Assembly (NCBI RefSeq): GCF_001194135.2
Contig: NC_068998.1
Coordinates: 51,252,209-51,316,208 of the forward strand
Origin: Octopus bimaculoides
Taxonomy: Eukaryota
Direction: 5' to 3'
DNA length: 64,000 bases
Below the pieces are notes generated by a model. It saw only the letters and a program-made list of their open reading frames with translations. It ran no database searches and was not told the origin of the DNA. Below are positions 40,001 to 52,591 of the stretch, one piece after another (within the stretch, counting starts at the first letter, position 1; every line of letters begins with the position of its first letter). A program made the position numbers and the translations under genes.

Positions 40001-40368
40001 AATGATTTATTTGTCTTAGAGATATTATGATTTTAACTCCAAATCTGTGTTCTAGACGATAACTGAATGAAATATAATTATATTTCTAAGAAATTAATCG
40101 ACGCTTAGAGGCTCCGCTTTTGGCTCCAGTATCAGTGGGTATAATCTAAAATTGTGTTATATCTGTAATTAATGGTCATGCGTTAGTTGTGAATATCATA
40201 AATCTTGATTAAATATCAAAACCTAAGGCGAGGAGGAAATACTGTGAATATCCGGACTGTTAATGTTTTATTTGGAGATGAAATATGCTATAATACTTAT
40301 ATCTACACTACTTTTCCGAATGTTTGATATCCTTCCGTTAACAAGTGTTTCATTATTTGTGGAGATAT

Positions 40369-40745
40369 GAAGACGTCGAACTGACAGAATCGCTAGCGCG
40401 CCGGACGAAATGATTAGCGGTATTTCGCCCGTCACTACGTTCTGTGTTCAAATTCCACCTAGGTCGACTTTGCCTTTCTTCCTTTCGGGGTGGATTAAAT
40501 TTGAGGCCTTGTGCTTTCGGTAGAAAAGATTATTTGTGGAGATATATTAAGAAGGGGCCGGGAAGAATCGTTATCCCGCCAGAGGAAATACTTTGTGACA
40601 TTTCTTCAGGCACTTTACAGCTTGGGTTCAAACAGCACCGAGATTAGATTAACTGATACTTTCATCTTCTCATGGTCGATGAAAGGATCAGTGAAGTATT
40701 GAAGCTGACATTATCGACTTGCCCATTTCCCTCGATATCTTGTGC
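40369..40745 (+). mobile_element. Two tandem SINE family A copies; the first (40369-40528) has a 17-bp TSD
   Basis: Direct repeat ATTATTTGTGGAGATAT at 40352-40368 and 40529-40545 flanks the first copy; a second degenerate copy starts near 40550. Confidence 0.8.
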
Positions 40746-40829
40746 CAATATATATTCGTCTTCTTGTGAATACCTACTCTACGTTATATTATACAGCTTC
40801 TCATTTTATGCTTTCCTATAAATATGGAA

Positions 40830-41100
40830 GTGTGAAGGCGCATGGCTTAGTGACTAGGGTTTTCGGTTCACCATGTTATGATCATGAGTTCGATTCCCGG
40901 CGGCGATTTGTGTCCTTCGGTAAGATAGATTATTTCACGTTTTCTCAATCTACTCAGCTGCTAAAATTGACCGGTATCTATATTTCTGAGTCATGCTGAA
41001 TCATCCTGGAAACTACGTTACGGGTTCGCGTGTCGGTGGAAGGCTGTTCCATTGATCGGATCAACTGGAAACCTCGTCGTGGTAACCGACGGGGTGTCAC
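40830..41100 (+). mobile_element. tRNA-derived SINE, family C-related
   Basis: Head GAAGGCGCATGGCTTAGTGACTAGGG...GAGTTCGATTCCCGG (A/B boxes), then TATTTCACGTT..CTCAATCTACTCAGCTG. Confidence 0.75.
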
Positions 41101-43009
41101 TTATATAAGCGCGGAACTATATTTTCGTATGAAATCATTAATCATCATCAACAACAGGTATATGTTAATGTTTTAAAAGACATTTTGAAATGAAGAATGA
41201 GATTGCTGGAAACGAAAGAACTCAAAAAATATAAGAATATTGCGTTAAAGCATCAGCTCGTAATGCATATCGCAAACAGAAGCTACAGGCTTCCTTTTTG
41301 CATCTCTACACAAAACATCTAAATTCCACACGCATGAATCCCTTTTATGAGATTTATATTTCTTGTTTAAATGCCATATTCAAACTGTCACTGAATAACT
41401 ATGTTTTCTCATTCTTTTGTATATATTTTATTCTGAAAGGCAATTGCGAAACACTACGCACGTTTTTGTTATAATTATCATTCCTGGAATTGTGCGTTAT
41501 CAAAAATGATAAATAAGAAAAATATCCTTCTTTTATTTTCCAACATTTTGTTCTGATATTTTCACAAGTTTATGTGATATAAACATTTGCTTTCACTACC
41601 CTTATATATGTTTGGGTTTTATCGTTTATCACCAGAGTACATAGTGAGATAATAGACAAATAGGATATATTCCTCTTTGGGTTTTTTCCTTTTTTTCTTT
41701 TTCGTATAAAATGTATCTTCGCTTCCTAAGTTTATCCCTGATAAATTCGTGTCTATGGATATCGAAATCCCCTGTCTATGAACATCATGATTTAGTTTTT
41801 ATTTCTCGTCCACGCAGATTAACTGAAGAGCTACAGGCGCGGTTGTGCGGTTTCAAAAAAAGGTAGCTTCGCAAATATTTTATATGGAATCCCTTTACCC
41901 AACACCAGGAACAAATATATCCTACCATAGCCCTGGCTAACCAATGCTTTGGGACTGAAAATGGTCGACGGAAACTGTGTCGAATTCTGTCCCATACATA
42001 CATACATACATACATACATGCATGTCTATCTCTTTTGTTTGCAAGTTCAAACCCCGAACAGATCAAATTTACATTGCATTCATCCGAGATCGATTAATTA
42101 AAGTACCAACTCAGCAAAGGCATCGGTAGAATGAAATCACACTCCACTGCTTTAAATTCTAGCCTTGTGCCTCAGAAAATAACTAAAAGACTGGTGTCTT
42201 CTGTTTCAGCTTAAACGGCAATATTTCAGAGGGGAAAATGTTCATTGAAGTTGTCACGCTAATACCATTCCAAATGACATAAGCATTATATGTAAAACGA
42301 TAGGTCGTTCAACCGAAAATCGTTTCAAATCTGACTTACAGAATGCTTGCTTCTCTGTAATTGTGTGCATGTTATTCTTCCTGGTTTTCTCATCAATGCT
42401 AGAATTGAGATAAACCATATAGTTTCATTTACAGCACTAATACCGTTTACGAAAGGCATCAACATAACGATTTCTAACACATTATCCGGTAAAAGATAAC
42501 CCTTTGTGGCAAACCATGGGAAAAGAGTTTATAATACGATATATTTTTCACAGGAAATAAACAGCTACAAAACTGCTTTGTAATATATAGAAATATTCTT
42601 ATATCTTTTATCCTATTGATACTTTAAATACTACGAAGGCTACGCTTCTGAAAAGGGAAAAAATCTTATATTCATAGACGGATGATTCTGGATATTAATG
42701 GAGAGCAGCAGTAGGTTACAAAGCAAGCAGAGAAAAGAAAGAGCGGGAGAAAGCAGAAATCCCCAGATATGTGCATATTAAGGGGAAATATTTGTTTTTC
42801 TTTTTTCTTTATGCTTTATATCATATAAGCCTGAGAAAGTATGAATAAATGACAGAAAAAAAAAACGTTTTTTATTTATATTTGGTGATGCAGATTCCAG
42901 TAAAGATAATTATGACAAAAATTAATATGATGCAGCTGACTTTCAGGTGAAATGAATATCAGAGCGGTTTGTCCAACGCTGAAACTAGAAGTGGTTTCCA
43001 TGAGGCGGT

Positions 43010-43135
43010 AGTACTTATTTTATAGACTCGGAAAGGATGAAGGGCTAAAGTCGACCTCGACGGAACGCAAAGGCGGGCAAAATGCCACTAAGCATTTTGT
43101 CGGGCGTGCAAACGATTCTATCATCTCGCTGTACA
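43010..43135 (-). mobile_element. SINE family A, partial
   Basis: GTACTTATTTTATAGACTCGGAAAGGATGAAGGGCTAAAGTCGACCTCG...GCCACTAAGCATTT...CGTGCAAACGATTCT. Confidence 0.75.
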
Positions 43136-44147
43136 GATACTCCAAGCTATTTCTCCTGATTGTGACTAAAGCTACGGCGATTCAGAAGCACTCCTGTGCC
43201 TTCAGCTGGTATCTAAGAGTTATAAGCCTTTCGCCCCTTAGCCCCGTACGCTTCTTCTAATTGGAGCAGTAAGGAATTAATAAGCCTTCGCCAGGAGAAG
43301 AGGTCTATCTGAGTCATCTTGTTTCTCACATTCTATGACTATTAGAACGCGATATTAAAAGCATAAAGTTTTAACTTCGCAAAAGAAACTTTGTTACCCC
43401 GAAGTTACATACCTTAAACACAATATCGAATTTGATTCGTTGTCATTGTTGTTGTTATTATTGTTGTTTTGTTGTTGTTTTCTTCCTGCTGTTAATGTTG
43501 TTGTTGTTGTTGTTGAGGTTTTGTTGCTGTTGTAATGCTAATATATAACATCAACAACAAATATGAGTTTCATTAAAAGTTTTTCATTATTCTAAAGAAT
43601 TTCCTTATTTAGTCTCAACAATAGGAGAGATTTATTAATGGAGACATGATTATTGTCACGCCAGGATTTCTAATTCCTTCTACAAGCATCGCCAACATAA
43701 TGGTGGTTCTGTAGGAGATTGACTCGTGCATCTTCAGTTCCATTTATACAGAAAAAGAAGCTATCTTTATATTACGAAATTAAACAACCACAACAACACC
43801 ATAATGCAGGAAATCTGATACTTCTTGTATGAAGTAAAAAAAAAAAGGATCTGCCTGTAATCAAAAGCTCTGTAACCTGAGAATGTTTTATGGGAATCTA
43901 TTAGAAGAGATAAAGTTTTCTATTGAAGCAGAGAAGCACATTATGGAACGTTATACAGCAGTAAGTAATAACTTCTAACAAGCATTGATACATACAAACA
44001 TCATACTGCGCACAGAACTACACACACGCACACACACATACACACACACATATATATTTACACAATATATTTATATATCTACTTTTCTTGCGCTTTTTAT
44101 TCGTTCTACACTCATGAACAATACTGTTCTCACTTTATCTTAAGTCT

Positions 44148-44324
44148 ATTGTCCGGAAAACCTTCGTCGTATGTCTGTGACCTCTTCAGCGACACTTTGC
44201 GTCTACGGACGTCTTCTTGCTCTGTTTAATCCAGAGAATGGATTAAGCAAAGCAGGAGGACGCACGTAGGCGGAAAGGGTCGCTGTAGAGGTCACATATG
44301 TGTGATGAAAGATTTCTGGACAAT
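44148..44324 (+). other. Long ungapped inverted repeat / hairpin (86-bp arms, 5-nt loop)
   Basis: 44148-44233 pairs with 44239-44324 without indels: by hand count 67 Watson-Crick, 10 G.U and 9 mismatches on the + strand. Confidence 0.9.
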
Positions 44325-44444
44325 GGGCACGAGATAAAATAACAACAGTAATAAACGAGTGTTCAACGAATATATAATGCGTATTTATTTGGCAAGAAAA
44401 AAAATGACCCTCCCGAATATAATAATAACAATGACAACAACATC

Positions 44445-44575
44445 GAAAACACCTTAGGAATGAGAACCCAGGTTCGAAATTTCCTCAAGACACCTGATAA
44501 AGGCAGGAGGGTATATCAGCCGAAACGTTGTATTAACAAACAAGATGAGGACAAATATCCGTCAAATGTAAATAT
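44445..44575 (+). mobile_element. Second Penelope-like terminal repeat with degenerate tandem hammerhead-like motifs
   Basis: GACAC-CTGATAA-A-GGCAG-GAGGGTATAT-CAGCC-GAAA-CGT-T-GTATT (44489-44534), preceded by GAATGA-GAAC-CCAG-GTTC-GAAA (44458-44479). Confidence 0.55.
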
Positions 44576-45999
44576 TGCTTAAGTTTATCTTGCATTTTAT
44601 TCATCTGCGACTCATTCAGACTCAAATTTGTGGTGTGAATTGGAAGGAAAATGAATTATCTGAAGGACCAATAGTTCCGCTGTAATTCGTTGCATACCAA
44701 TTTCGAACCCCTCCAAGGTCAATTTAGTGTTTCATCTTTCTAAAGTCTATGTACCAGTCAAAGTAATAGTTTAGCTAGGAGGCAGTATACTCACCCACCT
44801 CAAAGTATATAACTTTGTATCCGCATTAGAAATCAATAATTATGGAGGAGAAACGACTGTCAGTTTCCTTTGTCAATAATTGAAACGGAAGATTACGTTG
44901 TCTGCTTAGTTATTCCATCAAGAAAAAGAAAAATTATCTTTGAGGAAAACTCAGCCTGATTTATGTCAATCTTTCAGGTGGAAATTTCATTAAGATTTTC
45001 ATTTTCATCGCTATATTGCTTCTTGGTAATGTATGAGTTGTAGTTGGTCAGATTCCCAGAGGAATGTAACACATGTAGCATTTATTAGATATTTTGAAAT
45101 TCTTTCGTCTCTCCATCCAAATATTGCAGACCACGAATAACTGCTAAGACATATAAGAAAGATATTTTCTATCAGCTTCATCATAATTACACCGGTTATT
45201 AGTATCGATTCTTGTCAACTAGGCACATCGCTACCTGTTTTCATCACTGTCTTAACTCTTGGTGAAATATGAATAATATTGATTTCAATAATTGACACAA
45301 GGCTTTAAATTTGAGGAAATGGAAGTTATCCTGTATATTGATCCAATACTTGACTGGTACAGTATATTATTGACTTCGGAAATGCAAAAGCAAAGTCAAT
45401 CCCGGAGGCTTTGAATTCATAACGCTAAGCCGTTTTGTTCGACTGTTTTCTATTTCTGCCAATCCGTTTCTCTTGACTACTTTCGCATGGTGATTTTGAC
45501 CTGTAAAAATAGCAGTCAATTCACTCTTAAGTCATGTCAGAAATAAAAGTAACGCTTTAGCTTCTGGCCAATAAGTGAGCTGTATTTTCTTTTCTATCGC
45601 TACTGTAATGGCCAGTTCACCTCAGAACTGAAGGGATTATAATGGTGATAGAAAAACTGAGATCTAAACGTGGCAGGAGCAATCTTCAATCAGAGATTGC
45701 CACCTGGCTTCTCCCTTCACTTTTGCTGCAGCCAATCACAACAGACCGTGTATTAATCTCGATCTCAAAACTTCCTTGCTAAGAAGCTGGCTGTTGAAAT
45801 ATCCTTCCCTGCAAGATCTGTCCAGGCGTAGGGTGTTACTCTTATGCTTAACGTAATAAGTAAACAAAAAACGATGGATAGAATGTGACGTAGATTAAAT
45901 GTGTCAAACAATAAACGGGATGTTTATGGCTGCAACGTCTTTGATCAGAAACTTACAGGATCAGCACTGATTCGGTATGGATCATCAGAAACACCATTG

Positions 46000-46220
46000 A
46001 TATTGGTTTCAAATTCTGGCACAAGGCCAGCAGTTATAGGGCAGGGATAAATCGATTACATCGACCCAGTGCTCAACTGGTACATATTTTATCGATTTGG
46101 AAAGGGTGAAAGGCAAAGTCGACTTCGGCGAGATTTGAACTCACAACATAGAGACCAACGAAATGGTGCTAGGCATCTTGCCCGGCTTACTAACACTTCT
46201 GCTATCTCACCGCCTTCACA
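46000..46220 (-). mobile_element. SINE family A, full length
   Basis: GGCACAAGGCCAGC...CGATTACATCGACCCAGT...GGTGAAAGGCAAAGTCGACTTCGGCGAGATTTGAACTC...CTCACCGCCTT. Confidence 0.85.
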
Positions 46221-47829
46221 ACATTAATATTGATTTAATACAAATTAAGTAAGAAAGCGTTCAAATCGTAATGTTTTTATAAATACATTTCGGGTTTTGT
46301 AGGAACCCATTTAGCACATTCACTAATGTTGGCTTCCATGTTTAAAATAGCAGATTGAAATTGGATACTAAAATGTGGCAGCTGATGCTAGTAGATCAAG
46401 CAGGTAGAGGATGGGGGAAGGATGTCCACATCGGGTGTTGGGGTAGGGTAGTACATCTGAGGGAGGAAAATGTGATCTTTGGAGTAGCCATGTAGGTATT
46501 CATTTGCTGAATTGTTTCTTTGTAGTAAATAAATAAAATATTGAAATGCTAAACCATAGGCCTGTAAATACGTGTCGTCTGTAGAAGACACACAACGACC
46601 AACTGGCGGAATTAAACAGGACGATGGATTATGTAATCAAAATTATCAATTTATCTCTTGTCATGGAACTAATAGATTAAAGGCATTATTCCATACGTAT
46701 TCACAGTTGTCAATTTAATACTTGTCATACAATTAACGATATTTATGCTCCAGCATGGCCACAGTCTTTGTGCTGAAACATATAGAAGAATAAAAGAATA
46801 AAGGAATAACAGAATAACAGAATAACAGAATAGATAGCAGATGAGAGAAGAGAAAGACGATTTAATCACTCGTATTCCGTTTCAATTAATATTTTCTTCG
46901 TGGTGATGAACTACTTTAATTAAAACTTTTGTCATTACAATTACGTTAGATGAGAAAAGGATATTAATTCAGAAACGTCTTCATCTAGAAATGTTTATAA
47001 ATCGTAATTCTTTTCACATGGCTTAGTCAGGGAATTTAAGAGAATCGCTATTGCCTTGGGTTCCGGGTTCAGATACCACGGAGGTCCTCTTTGTATTTCA
47101 GCCTCCTGGGTACAATAAATCACAGCCCTAGTTAAGTACAGGAATTAATCATCCTAATATCCTGGAGTCGAGTCATTCGACTAAAAAATTCTTTAAGGTC
47201 GCATTCTGATAACTGAAAATGGTTATAAATAAATAAAATGTTAAAAGACACATAAACATCACCAGGTGGCGTTAAACAAGATGACAGATTAAATCTACCA
47301 CCAGGGTTATCAATTTGATATTAGTCATAGATTGATTATATTGGTTAATTAAAATTCATAATTGTTTTTTTATAACTTTAAGAGTGTAAAACTCTGTGTA
47401 TCCTATCAATTTCTCCCCCTTCAGCTTGAAGTTCATTCTACAATATAAGTCTTACTGGCGCCGACCAACATCAGCCAGTTTCGAGTCTGTTTAACCATAT
47501 ATACTTTGTGTAAGTGTGTATAAGTGTATGTGCGTAGTACTTACGTGTATGTAAGGAAAAAATTGTTCAATTATAACTTCATGAATATTTTATTAGCTCT
47601 GAAAAGCTTACATGAATTCTCAAGTTTTCAAGTGTAATTTGTTTTCATTAAATATATGTCTTGAAAACTGGAAAACGAAAATTGTTTAATAATTTATTCA
47701 GTAGAATTTTGTCGATGAGGAAGTCTTTAATGTAGCTTCAAAGCTGTTTGATATTTTCTGCCTCATTACTCTATCATGAAATGTACCTAATATGGACATA
47801 ACTGTATATGTTTGTACTTTTATATTTTA

Positions 47830-48140
47830 ACCTTTTATTGATTTCAGTCATTGGATTGTGGCTAAATGGGGCACCGCTGTGAAGGATTTAGTCAAACGAA
47901 TCGACTGAAGCTTGGTATTTAATCTATCGGTCATTTTGTCGAAACGCTACGTTACGTGGATAATCCTACACACACTCACACACGAGCGCGAGGGCATTGG
48001 ATGGGCTCCTTTCATTTCCGTCAACCAAATCCACTTACACGACTGTAGGTGACCAGAGCTATAGTAGAAGGCACTTGACTATGGTACCTCGCGGGACTAA
48101 ACCCGGAATTATGCGGCTGGAGGCAGACTTCTTACCACAC
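47830..48140 (-). mobile_element. SINE family B, degenerate full length
   Basis: TTTCAGTCATTGGATTGTGGC...CTATCGGTCATTTTGTCGAAACGCT...TTTCCGTCAACCAAATCCACT...CTTCTTACCACAC. Confidence 0.75.
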
Positions 48141-48152
48141 ATCTACACCTGC

Positions 48153-48204
<52 letters not shown>

Positions 48205-48229
48205 CATGCTGGGCCGCTGAAATCTACGT

Positions 48230-48390
48230 TTTTCATTCTCTCTGTTTATTTTCTCTTATTCCTTTCTGTTGAAGAGCATAGGTTCGAAACATAACTGACT
48301 TCTTCATTTTCCCGAGTGTCAAACTAATACACTTGCTTGTTGTTCATACACCAGTCTTCGTGTTTTGTCTTTCTATAAATTTCAAATATA
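48230..48390 (+). mobile_element. Penelope-like terminal repeat with hammerhead-like motif (48262-48295)
   Basis: CTTT-CTGTTGA-A-GAGC-ATAG-GTTC-GAAA-C; downstream TTTTCCCGAGTGTCAAACTAATACACTTGCTTGTTGTTCATACACCAGTCTTCG is shared with the 63.2-kb copy. Confidence 0.65.
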
Positions 48391-48395
48391 TGTGT

Positions 48396-48445
<50 letters not shown>

Positions 48446-49064
48446 GTGTGTGTGTATGTAAATTGGGGTGTGTTATTGTTCCCTGGGTGCTATTCTATTG
48501 CCATGCAATGCATTCAGTGAAAAAAGCGGTCTCAGATCAGCTTACCGAACAAGTAAACCTCAGGATATTCTTTCAAACATTTTCCATCAATTCTAGTTGA
48601 CATACGAGTAACAAAACAGCGGACCTAAAGATTATATTGTTATCGTATTTACATTTGCTCCGTTTTCAGTGTACAAACCATTTATATGTCTTCACTTCTC
48701 AATCCTTTTATGTGCCTCGTTGTAGTTTCAAATGCTTCTAAAGACGATTTAATAATCCCACTTAATACTATTTCAGTGTTGCAGTCTCTTTTAACAATTC
48801 TGAGTTCAATCAAATTAGTGTCAATAATGTAGGAAAGTAAAAAAAAAGGAAAAAAGAGGAATCAAATTCAAGGAAAACAAATTAGAAAGAAATCAATCCT
48901 ATAGATAATCGAATAACCCATCGATACGCATTGCTTGTTACACTAACCTTTTCATTAAATAAATACTAGAAAGGAGTCGATATTTCCATCAATTGAACGC
49001 AATGGAAAAACTGAACATACAAATAGAGAAATACAGCTTTTTCCCGAAATATCCTCTCCTTTAG

Positions 49065-49215
49065 TGTTGGTATCAAATTTTGGCACAAGGCCAGTAATTT
49101 CTGGGAGGAGATAAGTCGTTTACTTTGACCCCAATGTTCAACTGGTACTGATTTTAACGATCATGGAAGGTGATAGGCGAAGTGGACGTGGGCGCAATTT
49201 TAACTCAGAAGGTAA
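49065..49215 (-). mobile_element. SINE family A, 3' part
   Basis: TTGGTATCAAATTTTGGCACAAGGCCAG...GACCCCAATGTTCAACTGGTACT...GAATTTAACTCAGAA-like end. Confidence 0.7.
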
Positions 49216-49249
49216 CAACGTCTCTTGAAAATTGTACAAAATTTTGCCT

Positions 49250-49510
49250 TGTGGTGTTATCAAGGCTATTCATGTCGATATGGTTGCTACAGTAGGTGAT
49301 GACGCCCCAGCTTTATCAACAGTACAAAGGTGGGCAAACGAATTTAGGTGGATAACGGGGCGGGGGTCTTGAATATAACCCAAGGTCTGGACGTGTTGCA
49401 ACTGCTTCCACCGAGGAAAATATTGATCGTGTTCACCACATGGTGATGGAGGCATGCGATTGATTATAAACCAAATAGCCAATGCTATTAGTATATCCTG
49501 TGAGCGAGAG
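49250..49510 (+). mobile_element. Mariner transposase N-terminal remnant (two frameshifts)
   Basis: IHVDMVATVGDDAPALSTVQRWANEFR / GLEYNPRSGRVATASTEENIDRVHHMVM / RLIINQIANAISISCER matches the mariner HTH-GRP-HTH region (G..AP...TV..W..EF.RG..SLED.PRSGRP...T.ENI..V...V..DRR.T..EIA..VGIS). Confidence 0.85.
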
Positions 49511-49669
49511 GGTCCTTAGTATGTTAATCGTACCTCATCCTATCGACTCTGGAGGCAATAAAGACCAATTGACCACGGTGGACATAGAACCTACAACATA
49601 ACAAAAACGGAGAAAAAATACTTTTCAATATTCTAATGGACCTACAATCGCGCAGGCTTTCGTTGTTTC

Positions 49670-49800
49670 TTATTTAGGTACAAGGCCAGCAGATTTTGAA
49701 CGGAGAGGTAATTCGATTCAATCGACCCTAGTAGTTAGCAAATACTTTATTTTATTGGCCTCGAAAGAATGAAGAGTAAAATTGATCAGTGAGATTTGAG
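49670..49800 (-). mobile_element. SINE family A, 3' part
   Basis: GGTACAAGGCCAGCAGATTTT...TCGATTCAATCGACCCTAG...CCTCGAAAGAATGAAGAGTAAAATTGA. Confidence 0.65.
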
Positions 49801-51079
49801 CCTCAAAAAATACCAGCTCCAACATGTCTGCCAATCCAGCGTCTATATCTAAATCTTAATAATTAACGAATCGTTTTCCCTAACAATTATCGGAAATCAA
49901 GCCATTTAGCTCACTTTCTCACAAACAATAATTCTAAAATTGTTTGTTACTTCTATCATCAACACATTCGCAAATACGAAACTGTAAGCGGAAATATAAC
50001 GTCTGACTGTCTTCAGCAGCTATAAGGATTCTAAGATGGTTCATCATCAATATACCGATAAGGATACATTAGTTACCGGAAGTATAAACACTTTCACCAC
50101 CATCACCAACAACAAGAACAACCACCACATCAACATCAATAACCACAAACAAAAATTCTGAAATATTTTCCATCACCAACACGACAGCAACTAAACAAAA
50201 GTCACTTCAAGTGTAAAAAATTCTACCCTGGAACCATTAAGCAACCATAATAATTCTAAGATATATTTCCGTCATCAACTCGTCCACAACTGGACATTTA
50301 AGTACGGTGCAACTTTCAAGTAACCGAAGAAAGAGAAGAAGAAAAAATAAAGAGATTGATAGATAGAGAGGGATGGAGTGGGAAAGAGAGAGAGAGGTGG
50401 AAGGAAACAAAGACACGACATAGATTTCATTCGTATCGTTCCACAAAAGGGATGACGATGAAGAGAAGGATGATTCTACTTCGATAATAACCAATGAACG
50501 GATCGGATACATTCCGAATATAATTCTGCCTGGAAACACTCGGAGATAGTGACATTCAGAACCAAGAAATATGATACTAAATCAAATACTTGTCGGAATT
50601 TCTATGAAACCAACCAGAATTGCTCCTCTAATCTCATTATTAATGACAAGTGGACACTATTCTCGTGGAAACTTTCGTCATTTGAATTTTTGGCATTGAT
50701 TTACGTGCAATTTTAGCGATTCCGCACCTTCTGAAATGTCATTCGATAGGCAATACTTTTCAATCCTAACGACAAATATAGAAACACGTGACTTTCTGTT
50801 TGGTTCCACGAGATTCGATAACAAAGTACAGATGTTCTTTTTGAGAGACAGTTTTATCATTATTTATGTATTTATTTATTGAATCATTTATTTGTGTGGG
50901 ATTTCTTAAGTCTTCTCCTTGTCAATGGCCTTGCTCTATGAATCTATTTATAGAAGCCACATGACATTCATTAAAAAGTCAATAGTAAATAATGACGATC
51001 ATCATCATGGTGATGATGAAGATTTTTATCTGATCAACATCATCATCGTTTTGATGGATGGAGGAAGACGATTACACCG

Positions 51080-51185
51080 AACCGGTATTACATCTCATCG
51101 ATCCTAAGATAGTGAAAGGCAAATTTGGCCTCGGCAGCAGTTGAACTCAGAGATTAAAACCGGAACAAATGCTACAAAGCATTTT
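51080..51185 (-). mobile_element. SINE family A fragment
   Basis: ATCGATCCTAAGATAGTGAAAGGCAAATTTGGCCTCGGCAGCAGTTGAACTCAGAG...AAGCATTTT. Confidence 0.6.
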
Positions 51186-52324
51186 CCCTAACAATACACA
51201 GATATTGTTTTGTGCTGAGTAGGGATACTAAATTTAGTATCCCTTGATCGAAAATATAAGGACACGTTATGTTAGCAAATAATCTTTACTCTACGATAAA
51301 TTATAAACTGAAAGAAAACTGAATGAATAGTAATGAAGGATTGTCTACGTGCTTGACCCTGCATTCTGAAAACTGAAGCTAAATCCCCTACATTTCATTT
51401 CACCTTTCTAATAATAAAGTATACATTTCTCGATGTCGTCGTAGATATATGAAATGAGATTCAAACTTCTTATACAAATGATTGCTAATCTGATATCAGT
51501 AGATCCGGTTAAGTGCGGTCTCACCGCATAAGACTTTGTATTCTATCAACATCAAACCATTGACGTCACAACCCTCAGAAATTTCTCTCGTCTGCCATTA
51601 TTATGTTCTAGCTAAAGACATAAATTTACGAATAAAAACTCTAATTAAATGTTACTCACTAAAAAGAAAGACAATTTTACAAACGATGAGAGATGTTTTC
51701 ATGGAATTAATTTCCAAATCATTAAAAAATATTCTCTGTTATTTTCCAATAGATTTAGTTTTGCTATCTATTATTCTCGACATCTGCGTTTCAACACAAA
51801 ACGAAACTAATGGTTGAAATGACAGCTTTATATCTCTTTAGCAGAGGGTTAATAATATATGCTGTATGGTTGGGTGGAGATTACGGTTAATAATAGCCTG
51901 GCTATCTCAAGTTTGCTATATATCTCTGGTGTGGCTGACTGCTGCTATTTCGGGCGATGACAATATGTATATGTCTGATATTAAAAATACTACCCTGGTA
52001 CACATTGCATCAAAATCTATGCAATGATATCAAGCAAGTAGCAGAGGGGGAACAAACGGAAAAGGAGGTAATAGCGACGCAAATGAAAAAAATTAATACA
52101 AATTTGTATATATAATACATATATGTAATACATATATATTATTTATTATCATTATAATTATTTTTATTATATATGTGCATACATGCATGCATAAATATAT
52201 ATACATGTAAACATAGATACATACATACATACTTACGTACATGCAAACGTATGCCTACATGCATACATACATGCATACATACAAGCATACTCAAGGAATA
52301 CTGGTGGAATATTTCCATCAAACT

Positions 52325-52591
52325 TCTGTTAAATGGGACAGAGGGGCAAAGGCATGTACCATCATAGAGGTTAGCTGCCCTGCAGATATAAATATCGCTT
52401 TGAAATTCAAAGAATAACAGGATATATATGGACAGCTGCTTCGAAACCTCCAGCTTCTATATCCAGACTATGAATTCATATTCATACCAATAATAATTGG
52501 ACCACTCGGATTTGTTAGTAAATGCTTAAAGGAGAATCTGGATAAACTTGGATTTTCAGAAAGAGAAATTGACCGGCTGATTCGTACATTG
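52325..52591 (+). mobile_element. Non-LTR retrotransposon remnant, restriction-like endonuclease (RLE; R4/Dong/Hero-type) C-terminus
   Basis: From 52328: VKWDRGAKACTIIEVSCPADINIALKFKE*QDIYGQLLRNLQLLYPDYEFIFIPIIIGPLGFVSKCLKENLDKLGFSEREIDRLIRTL, with one in-frame stop at 52415; fits the RLE pattern IIE.S.P.D.N...K..EK...Y..L...L.......PIIIGALG. Confidence 0.8.

Noticed and set aside
44160-44190. Minus-strand hammerhead CTGAAGA-G-GTC...GAC-GAAG within the long hairpin
   Set aside because: GAAG instead of GAAA, and no stem I/III or cleavage triplet; explained by the hairpin sequence.
50227-50312. Minus-strand exon between a pyrimidine-rich AG and a GTAGAA donor
   Set aside because: Stop codons in all three frames within the 86 nt.
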